Shown here: one piece after another, positions 10,686 through 17,917 of the stretch
Numbering within the stretch: the first letter of the stretch is position 1
Layout of the letters: the number at the start of each line of letters is the position of its first letter
NCBI GenBank assembly: GCA_035526025.1
Contig: DATLDE010000005.1
Span: 125,690-189,689, forward strand
DNA: 64,000 nucleotides
Reading direction: 5' to 3'
From: Candidatus Limnocylindrales bacterium
Lineage (GTDB): Bacteria > Patescibacteriota > Microgenomatia > Levybacterales > UBA12049
Program-made: the position numbers and the translations under genes
The notes under the pieces: model-generated
Told to the model about the DNA's origin: nothing
The model's input: only the letters and a program-made list of their open reading frames with translations
Database searches by the model: none

Positions 10686-10865
10686 ATGTTTGGATTAGGA
10701 ATGCAAGAATTAGTCATTATTTTGGTCATCCTGCTTCTTCTTTTTGGAGGAAAGAAGTTGCCTGAATTATCACGAAGCATTGGACAATCTATAAAAGATA
10801 TTCGCAAAGGCTTTTCAGATGAACCACATGAGAGAAAAAAAGATGATAGCGGGAATAATTCTTAG
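10686..10865 (+). CDS. tatA: Twin-arginine translocase subunit TatA/E (59 aa; below ORF-track cutoff)
   Basis: Hand-translated: MFGLGMQELVIILVILLLLFGGKKLPELSRSIGQSIKDIRKGFSDEPHERKKDDSGNNS*; TM helix plus 'FGxKKLPELxRSxGxSIKxxxKGF' amphipathic region is the TatA signature; 80 nt downstream of tatC. Confidence 0.8.
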   Translation: MFGLGMQELVIILVILLLLFGGKKLPELSRSIGQSIKDIRKGFSDEPHERKKDDSGNNS

Positions 10866-10885
10866 AAATTTTATAGAGATACATT

Positions 10886-11077
10886 ATGGTTAAAAAAAAT
10901 CTGCAGCAATTACTAGAAAAAAGAATGACCCGCAAGAAATTTATTGCAACAAGCGGGATGATGGCACTTACAGTACTGGGAGTTACAGGAACCCTTAAGA
11001 AGATCACAGAGCTGCCTCAGGCAGAAAACACCACACCCAAATCAAACGGTTTTGGCTCAAGCCCCTACGGAAAATAG
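10886..11077 (+). CDS. Small protein with Tat-like signal peptide (T-R-K-K-F-I-A ... hydrophobic core)
   Basis: 63 aa; 'MTRKKFIATSGMMALTVLGVTG' resembles S/T-R-R-x-F-L-K Tat motif (RK variant) followed by h-region; immediately after tatA. Confidence 0.35.
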   Translation: MVKKNLQQLLEKRMTRKKFIATSGMMALTVLGVTGTLKKITELPQAENTTPKSNGFGSSPYGK

Positions 11078-11104
11078 TAGTAACATAACCCTATAATTTT
11101 CCAC

Positions 11105-11133
11105 TTGACTTTTTTCTAAATTCTATACAATAA
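11105..11133 (+). promoter_or_regulatory. Sigma70-like promoter of cassette copy C (TTGACT ... TACAAT)
   Basis: Conserved with copies A and B. Confidence 0.45.
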
Positions 11134-11161
11134 TGATATTAACAATGAAATTTATCAATTA

Positions 11162-11181
11162 CTCTCTCTCTCTCTCTCTCT
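11162..11181 (+). repeat. (CT)10 dinucleotide tract in 5' leader of cassette copy C
   Basis: 20-nt perfect CT repeat; length differs from copies A and B. Confidence 0.9.
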
Positions 11182-11228
11182 GAGAAACCCTCTATATTTA
11201 CTTCTCATCCTGAAAGGAGCATCTCCTA

Positions 11229-13307
11229 ATGCCTAGACTGCCAGTACCCGGTTCTGATGACGGCACCTGGGGCGATGTACTTAATGACTTCCTCTCGCAA
11301 GAGCATAATGCAGATGGTACACAAAAGGCACTTGCTCAATCAAAAGTTACCAACCTTGTCAGTGACTTGGCAGGCAAGCAAGCGACTATTGCTCCTGGCA
11401 CTTATGCGGTGGCGGCGTCGGCCCTCGGCGGGGTCAGCGTGGAGGCGCATGGCGTCACAGCAGTTACCTCACCCGCCTTCAACACCACCGCCATCAACGC
11501 CGCCATCACTGCTGCCATCGCCGCCGGCACGAAACTTGTCACGTTCGCCCGCTCCTACCACTTCGACGGCACTCTGCTTATCGGCGCCAGTGGCATCCGG
11601 TTCCTGGGTGCCAGCCCAGACACAGCAGTGGCGCTCGGCTACACGGGCACCGGCGTGGCCATCCAGATCGGCACTGACAACGGCAATGCACACGACGCGA
11701 ATGAGTACAACGGGCCATACGGCTTCACCATGGAGAATCTCACCCTATTCACCGTCAGCCCGGCCACGGCGCTGGACAACGGGATGGGCAACTACAAAGA
11801 CGGGACCTACGGGATCAGAGACTGGCGTGGGGGGCACGTAACGCTCAAGCACGTTCGCATCACCGGATTCGACTTCCCGTTCTGGGGGATCCAGAGCGAT
11901 ATCAACTTTTGGTCGGATGTGACCTTCCAGTTCAACCACTCTGGGGTTTACCTCGGCCCTCGCTCTGACCAGCTCACCGCAGACGCCGTCCTGTTTCTCC
12001 AGAACGACCGGGCGCTGGACATCGATTCGGCTTGGCAGGCCAAACTCAGCGGCTGCGTCTTCGTCGGCAACGGCACGGCGGCGACCAACCCTGTTCGCAT
12101 CCGCTCACAGTTCAGCCGCGGCGCTTCCGATGTCACGTTCAACGACCCTTGGTTCGAGCATATAACAATCGGCCCGACCAACCTGGAGGCGTTCATTGAA
12201 GTAGGAGTCGGGGACAGCACCCGCACCAAGGGTATCTCGGTCAGGAATCCCTTGGTGCTTACCGGCACCACCGCCGAGGCTGTCCACGCCAAGCACCTCA
12301 TCAAGATCGACCAGGCTGATCACATTGAAGTGGACATCGCCACCGGCACCTTCCTGACCAGCCTCGACAACATCGTCAAGGTAGTCACCAACACCGGCAC
12401 CAGCCCGCAGGTGTCCTGCCGAATGCCCCATGACCTCACCCTCGCCGCCCCGGCGAAATACCTCAAGACGGGCAGTGTCACCCCGGCGTTCGTGCTGGTC
12501 GATTGGGGCAGTCAAGGCTGGGGACTGTCGGACGGCACCGGCCGGGAGTCCATGCGGATGAAGCCGGGGACCGCCCCCATCCTTGATATCGTGGACCCAC
12601 TGACCGGCTTCAACACCCACCGGATGACGTGGACGACCCAGGACGCCGGGCAGCTCTTCATCGACCTCAACCAAACGACCTCACAGGTTCACATCCGAGA
12701 CGGCATTGGTAGCGGGAATGACCTCTTTCGTGTCCAGCCCTCGACCGGGGCCTACATCCCGGGCGGCGTGGACCCGAACGCTCTCACGACGGGTGAGTCG
12801 ACAATCCGGCGTCGGGATATCGATACCAACGGCATCTCCCAGGGCAGCACGACCCTCCGTGTTGCCTATTTCACCGCAGGGAAAACCGAGACGATCACTC
12901 AGGTTCGGTTTATTTCGGGCGGCACGGCGGCAGGGGCGACCCCGACCATTTGCCGCATCGGCATCTGGACCGCCGACGCGGCCGGGGCACTCCTGTCCCT
13001 GGTGGCGTCCACGACCAATGACACGACCCTGTGGGCAGCCGCAGCGACCGTCTACACCAAAGCACTCACGGCGTCCTTCACCAAAGTGGTCGGCCAGCGC
13101 TACGCCGTGGGTACTCTCGTCGTCTCCGCAGCCGCCACCCCGACCACCGTGGGGACGAACGGTGTCGGCGGGCTGCCCGCTGCTGAGGCCGGTCTGTCGC
13201 CCCGAATGAGTGGGACGGTTGCAGGGCAATCCAACCTTCCCGCCAGCGTGGTCGCTGGCAGCATCTCCGACAACGCAAGCGCCGTCTACGTCGTGCTCTT
13301 GCCGTGA
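11229..13307 (+). CDS. Second large beta-helix (pectate-lyase/tailspike-like) protein with the same low-GC N-terminal module and a different high-GC body
   Basis: 692 aa; N-term 'MPRLPVPGSDDGTWGDVLNDFLSQEHNADGTQKALAQSKVTNLVSDLAGKQATI' matches copy A; then 'AINAAITAAIAAGTKLVTFARSYHFDGTLLIGASGIRFLG' (pectate-lyase-like beta-helix start); body unrelated in detail to copy A; high GC persists about 40 nt past the stop. Confidence 0.7.
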   Translation: MPRLPVPGSDDGTWGDVLNDFLSQEHNADGTQKALAQSKVTNLVSDLAGKQATIAPGTYAVAASALGGVSVEAHGVTAVTSPAFNTTAINAAITAAIAAGTKLVTFARSYHFDGTLLIGASGIRFLGASPDTAVALGYTGTGVAIQIGTDNGNAHDANEYNGPYGFTMENLTLFTVSPATALDNGMGNYKDGTYGIRDWRGGHVTLKHVRITGFDFPFWGIQSDINFWSDVTFQFNHSGVYLGPRSDQLTADAVLFLQNDRALDIDSAWQAKLSGCVFVGNGTAATNPVRIRSQFSRGASDVTFNDPWFEHITIGPTNLEAFIEVGVGDSTRTKGISVRNPLVLTGTTAEAVHAKHLIKIDQADHIEVDIATGTFLTSLDNIVKVVTNTGTSPQVSCRMPHDLTLAAPAKYLKTGSVTPAFVLVDWGSQGWGLSDGTGRESMRMKPGTAPILDIVDPLTGFNTHRMTWTTQDAGQLFIDLNQTTSQVHIRDGIGSGNDLFRVQPSTGAYIPGGVDPNALTTGESTIRRRDIDTNGISQGSTTLRVAYFTAGKTETITQVRFISGGTAAGATPTICRIGIWTADAAGALLSLVASTTNDTTLWAAAATVYTKALTASFTKVVGQRYAVGTLVVSAAATPTTVGTNGVGGLPAAEAGLSPRMSGTVAGQSNLPASVVAGSISDNASAVYVVLLP

Positions 13308-13381
13308 CCCGCCTCCGCATAATGCCGGCTGGGTGCGGTCAAATTATTGGATATTACCCTAAACCATATTTTAATTAGTCT

Positions 13382-13423
13382 ATGACACAATTACCGGTAC
13401 CCGGTTCAGATAATGGTACATAG
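13382..13423 (+). pseudogene. Cassette remnant D (MTQLPVPGSDNGT*), 13 codons
   Basis: Retains the LPVPGSD(D/N)GT codons of the conserved N-terminal module, then a stop; lies 170 nt upstream of the coupling-protein gene. Confidence 0.6.
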
Positions 13424-13596
13424 AATATGTTTAAAAGACTCAAGTGTTTATTAATAAATTAAGCAGAATATAAACAAACCATGATTCTCCTCTCCCATTC
13501 ATAATGTACAAAAGTTTTCTTTTCTGATATTATCAGCTTCATCTAAAACACTGTCCTCTTTAGAGAAAATCCTGCCTAGAAATATAGATACTGTTT

Positions 13597-16320
13597 ATGC
13601 CAACAAAATACATATCATTTCTTGCAGATCTTCCGGTATATTTAATTTTCCTCTCATGCATAACATTTACTTTGCTCATCGCTTATCTTATAACGCGACA
13701 CATATTGCTAAAAAGGAAACTCAATACCCCACATGTTGTTCTTTCAATTAAACCAATCAAGCAAACACTCCAGAGTTCCTATGCTACAGAGCAGTTATTT
13801 ACCCAACTCCATTCACTCATTAAAGGAAAAACATTCTGGCAAAGATTTATGCATGACAAAACATCAATAAGCGTTGAACTAGTTGCAACCAAAGAAGAGG
13901 GAATCCGCTACCTCATTCGCACAAATAAATCTGATGTTTCAGTTATCCGAAAAGCTATCCTGTCATATTTACCAAGTGTTGAGATAGAGGAGGTAGAAGA
14001 TTACCTGCCGCAATCAATCTCAGCTGTGAACAATTTCCTTAAAACAAATAAAGAAATAAGAGTTGTGATTTTTCGCCTATCAAATCACTTCGCAATTCCA
14101 TTAACAGATCAGAAACAACTTGATGAGCATGATCCGATTGCCTATCTCACAGGAAATATGACAAAACTCGCGCGTGAGGAGCTCGTTTCTTTGCAATTAA
14201 TTATTTCTCCGATGGATAAAGCAAGTAACAGAACTAAAACAAATGAAATAAATAGCTTGCTGTCTCATTTATTTCACAGTAAGGATATTTCCAATGTTAT
14301 TAAACATAACAGATTGCTTTCAATCCTTGTTTTCCCAATCAATGCGATTAGTAAATTAATTTACTTAACTCTTGGATTATTGATTGAAATTGTTGGTTAT
14401 ATAGCTGATATTGCAATGAGTAATAGTAACAACCAACAAAGTCCTCGTGACAATTCACAGGCTAAACTTAAAAAAATCTTTACCCCAACAGTCACTCAGC
14501 AAGTGTTATTCGGTCAAGTACATAACAAGCTACAACAGCCAATGTTTGAAACAAGTATGAGGCTTCTTGTAGCTGGCAATAGCTCAGATGCTGTTAGTGA
14601 GCGTATCAGAGGATTTAGAGCAAGTCTCGCAACATTTGATAATACACAATATCAGGCAATTATTCCAAGGCGATCAATCTCAATTCTACCTAAAAAGATC
14701 AAACAATATATTTTGTTTTTCTCACTATACCAAATTGGCAATAGACTGTTGTCTTTCTCTCACAATATTTTCCTCTCAATAAATGAGCTATCAAGTATCT
14801 ATCATTTGCCTTACACCCAAACAACCAAAACTGAGGATATGGTTAAAAGTAAAAGCAAAGAGCTGCCTGCTCCCCATTCATTTAAAAAAGCAGCAACACA
14901 ATTTGATGTTATAGTTGGTACTAATACATATGGTGGTGAACAGACAAAAGTTGGTTTGCCAGTAAGCAACCGCAAAGAGCATACATACATTGTCGGTAAA
15001 ACAGGAACCGGTAAAACAACGATTATTGAGGGAATGGCTCTACAAGACATAACAAATGGCAAAGGAATAGCTGTCATTGATCCCCATGGAGATTTGATTG
15101 AGCATTTACTAACTCTAATTCCTAAAAACAGACTTAAAGATGTGGTACTTGTTAATCCAGCAGATAAAGATTATCCATTGGGACTGAATATCCTCTCCCC
15201 CGGAACGCATTTTTCTGATGTCGATGAGGAAAACGGATTCATAACAAGAAGTCTTATGGCTGTGTTCATGAAAATTACACCTGATAAACATTGGGGGCAG
15301 AGAATGGAGCATATACTCAGAAACGCAACGCTTACTGCCTTAAAGGCACCTACACCAACACCTGAAACACCATATATTTCCTTGCTTTCTATTCAGAAAC
15401 TTCTAACTGACAGTAATTACCGTAGACGAATTACTCAAACCCTAACTGATCCGGTATTAAAACAGTTCTGGGAAAAAGAATATAGCTCATATGGAAAGTT
15501 TCAGCAGGCTGATGCCGCATCTCCTTTGACAAATAAGCTGGGAGGATTTATGACTGATAAGATGTCAAGAAATATCCTGCTTCAGGAAAAAAGTACAATT
15601 AATGTTTCAGAAATAATGGACCAGGAAAAGATTCTTCTTGTGAATCTATCAAAGGGCAAACTGGGAGAGGAGAGAAGTGCATTCTTTGGCACCTTAATGC
15701 TTTCCCTTATCCAACTGGCTGTATATGCAAGGGCTGAAATACCAGAAAAAGAAAGGCGCGATTTCTTTGTTTACATCGATGAATTCCAGAACTTTGCAAG
15801 CACGCACTTTACCGATCTTTTTTCAGAAGCACGAAAGTATCATGTATATTTCATGCCATCTCACCAAAACATTGCCCAAATTGAAGATCCCAAATTATCA
15901 AAAGTTGTATTAAGTAATAGCGGGAATTTAATAGCTCTTAAGAATGGACCGGATGATGAAAGGATTCTTTTACCTTTTCTTGAGCCTGAAGTAGAAAAAG
16001 GATCAATTGTTAATCTTTCCCCTCACCACTTCTACATGAAAGTAACCAATGAATACTCAGAAGATGCATTCTCGGGTGAAACCATACCGATAACAGAGCA
16101 AGGAAGCAGTAAAACAGCAATGGCAATTGTAGAAAATTCAAGAAGTAATTACGCTACTCCAAAAGCCGTAGCTGAGAAACAATTGGAAAAGTTGTTTTTG
16201 GAAATTAAGAAAGAAGTGAAACCCAAAAAAACGGATGGAGATATACAGCAAACGAAACAAAAACCAGCTGCAAAACAAGCAAAAATTACGAAGAAAAAGA
16301 TCAAAAAACAAGAAATATAA
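13597..16320 (+). CDS. Type IV coupling protein (VirD4/TraG/TraD family)
   Basis: 907 aa; N-terminal TM helices; Walker A 'VGKTGTGKTT'; Walker B-like 'FFVYIDEFQNF'; K-rich C-terminal tail. Confidence 0.8.
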   Translation: MPTKYISFLADLPVYLIFLSCITFTLLIAYLITRHILLKRKLNTPHVVLSIKPIKQTLQSSYATEQLFTQLHSLIKGKTFWQRFMHDKTSISVELVATKEEGIRYLIRTNKSDVSVIRKAILSYLPSVEIEEVEDYLPQSISAVNNFLKTNKEIRVVIFRLSNHFAIPLTDQKQLDEHDPIAYLTGNMTKLAREELVSLQLIISPMDKASNRTKTNEINSLLSHLFHSKDISNVIKHNRLLSILVFPINAISKLIYLTLGLLIEIVGYIADIAMSNSNNQQSPRDNSQAKLKKIFTPTVTQQVLFGQVHNKLQQPMFETSMRLLVAGNSSDAVSERIRGFRASLATFDNTQYQAIIPRRSISILPKKIKQYILFFSLYQIGNRLLSFSHNIFLSINELSSIYHLPYTQTTKTEDMVKSKSKELPAPHSFKKAATQFDVIVGTNTYGGEQTKVGLPVSNRKEHTYIVGKTGTGKTTIIEGMALQDITNGKGIAVIDPHGDLIEHLLTLIPKNRLKDVVLVNPADKDYPLGLNILSPGTHFSDVDEENGFITRSLMAVFMKITPDKHWGQRMEHILRNATLTALKAPTPTPETPYISLLSIQKLLTDSNYRRRITQTLTDPVLKQFWEKEYSSYGKFQQADAASPLTNKLGGFMTDKMSRNILLQEKSTINVSEIMDQEKILLVNLSKGKLGEERSAFFGTLMLSLIQLAVYARAEIPEKERRDFFVYIDEFQNFASTHFTDLFSEARKYHVYFMPSHQNIAQIEDPKLSKVVLSNSGNLIALKNGPDDERILLPFLEPEVEKGSIVNLSPHHFYMKVTNEYSEDAFSGETIPITEQGSSKTAMAIVENSRSNYATPKAVAEKQLEKLFLEIKKEVKPKKTDGDIQQTKQKPAAKQAKITKKKIKKQEI

Positions 16321-16463
16321 TTGCCCTAGGGAGCTAGGGCAAGAAATAGTATATTTTGAAGCTATTTTAAACCGTATCATGTTACCTACCCTTAAAAGAA
16401 TAAGGAGTAGGTTGGGTTAGGTAAAGATAAAATATATAAAATATTACTATAAAATAAATAAAC

Positions 16464-17255
16464 ATGACAATACCCTACATAACTAACAAACAACAAGAAA
16501 TAATAAATATAACCTCCCGATTCAGATTCCTAAATAGATTACAGATTCAAAAACTCCTAAACCATAAAGACTATAAAACAATAAATATGTGGTTAAAAGA
16601 TTTAGTAACAAAAGAATACCTAATAAGAATTTACGACAAAACTACATTTGGACAAAATACCAAACTAGCTATATATTACATAGGAATTAATGGTATCAGA
16701 TTTTTAAAAATACTAGATGATTATTCACCTGAGCTAGTCAGAAGACTATACAGAGACAAAGACAGATCAGAAAATTTTATAAATCAGTGTTTACTCTTAG
16801 CTGATGCATGTCTTACTCTCCGGGATCAAAGCAAAAATGGAATATCCTACAGCTTTACACTTGAGAGCAATTATATAAATCCTGACTCAGAATTCAATTT
16901 CCTTCAGGAACTTCATCCAAATCTAATTTTCACAAAACAAAAAAACAAAAGCATAAAACATTATTTAGTTGAAGCTCTTGAGCCAACACTTCCCCGTTAC
17001 TCAATTAGAAAAAGAATGAGAGACTATATAGATTTTTATTACTGTAACGAGTGGGAAAACAATATGGATAATATAGCTTTTCCAATAATCCTGGTTATTT
17101 GCTCTACCAAAGCTATTATGATTGCTACCAAGCGCTACACTAAAAAACTTCTTGTGGACAATCAACAACCTGAAGATCTATATATCAGGTTTGCAACGAT
17201 TAACGAGGTAAAAGAGCATGGGATAACCGGGGAGATTTGGGAAGAGTCTGAGTAA
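16464..17255 (+). CDS. Replication-relaxation family protein (candidate)
   Basis: 263 aa; N-terminal wHTH-like pattern 'EIINITSRFRFLNRLQIQKLL...WLKDLVTKEYLIRI' typical of Replic_Relax proteins; adjacent to T4CP. Confidence 0.45.
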   Translation: MTIPYITNKQQEIINITSRFRFLNRLQIQKLLNHKDYKTINMWLKDLVTKEYLIRIYDKTTFGQNTKLAIYYIGINGIRFLKILDDYSPELVRRLYRDKDRSENFINQCLLLADACLTLRDQSKNGISYSFTLESNYINPDSEFNFLQELHPNLIFTKQKNKSIKHYLVEALEPTLPRYSIRKRMRDYIDFYYCNEWENNMDNIAFPIILVICSTKAIMIATKRYTKKLLVDNQQPEDLYIRFATINEVKEHGITGEIWEESE

Positions 17256-17272
17256 ATTAACATTCATTAAAT

Positions 17273-17299
17273 AGTGGGGCACTTTTCAGCACCCCACTA
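17273..17299. terminator. Bidirectional hairpin terminator between convergent genes
   Basis: 'agtgggg-cacttttcagca-ccccact' 7-bp GC-rich stem; sits between the + gene ending 17255 and the - gene ending 17311. Confidence 0.4.
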
Positions 17300-17310
17300 T
17301 CGTAACAACC

Positions 17311-17640
17311 CTAAACCTGTGCTTGATGCTGGCTCTTTATCTCTGAAAGCCTGCAAAGCTTAAAATATAAATCACGTTCTATTGGTAAACTTAAAATTCC
17401 ATTTACACCGCTTTTAGCACTCTTCAACTGGCTAAGGGTAAAGTATCCAAGTTCTGAGTCGTGGCCTACAACATAACCAAAGAAAAGAAAATCATCATCC
17501 GCTTCCTCTCCTTCAGTTGCATACCATGTCCATGATCCTGTTGGGTCAAAAAACTTGATATACACCATTGGATCTCTCTCTTTCTCTTGAGCATAAAGAG
17601 CCGGAAGCTTCTCTTTAAGTTCTACTGTTAATAATTCCAT
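17311..17640 (-). CDS. DUF2958-family protein (conjugative-element associated)
   Basis: 'MELLTVELKEKLPALYAQE...VYIKFFDPTGSWTWYATEGEE...FFGYVVGHDSELGYFTLSQL...IERDLYF' matches the DUF2958 pattern; start at MELL preceded by GGAGGTGA RBS. Confidence 0.7.
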   Translation of the reverse strand: MELLTVELKEKLPALYAQEKERDPMVYIKFFDPTGSWTWYATEGEEADDDFLFFGYVVGHDSELGYFTLSQLKSAKSGVNGILSLPIERDLYFKLCRLSEIKSQHQAQV

Positions 17641-17672
17641 ATTCTCACCTCCTTTCTCATAATTGTTTTTGT

Positions 17673-17690
17673 CGGGCATGCCCATGCCCG
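17673..17690. promoter_or_regulatory. Perfect inverted repeat cgggcatg-cc-catgcccg upstream of DUF2958 gene (operator candidate)
   Basis: 8-bp arms with 2-nt centre; GC-rich in an AT-rich intergenic region, 30 nt upstream of the start. Confidence 0.4.
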
Positions 17691-17917
17691 GCTACCTGAC
17701 TGAAAGTCCAAGCGGGAAGTGAATTTGCAAGGGCGAGACAACGATCTCGTGTATTTACCCTTGCAAAGAGAAACCGAAGGGGTTTCTGGAAAAGGGAAAG
17801 ATTAAACTATATTATTCAGAAGAAAATACGGGTGAATAGCATCTAAACATACTGTACCTAAATATTTAATGTGAAAATTATTAAGGAGAATATGTGCCTA
17901 TATTTTTGTGTTCAATT

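Noticed and set aside
6852-13307. Diversity-generating retroelement explanation for the variable beta-helix genes (an RT is present at 31491..33005)
   Set aside because: Variation spans the entire gene body with different GC content rather than a short A-mutagenised VR. No TR copy is visible. The RT is 18 kb away, lacks DGR-like features and is paired with a nuclease.
7338-13320. Many 60-190-aa ORFs on other frames or strands within the high-GC genes (e.g. 7580..7912, 8300..8707, 12105..12674, 12681..13229, 12706..13209)
   Set aside because: Stop-codon depletion in 65% GC DNA generates long spurious ORFs. They overlap the long sense ORFs entirely and have Arg/Pro/Gly-rich compositions typical of antisense artefacts.
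6700-13430. Whole high-GC block as assembly chimera or contamination
   Set aside because: The low-GC conserved promoter, leader and N-terminal module are contiguous and in-frame with each high-GC body, twice, and GC returns to about 35% immediately at the stops. A simple chimera would not reproduce this architecture twice. It still cannot be fully excluded without reads.
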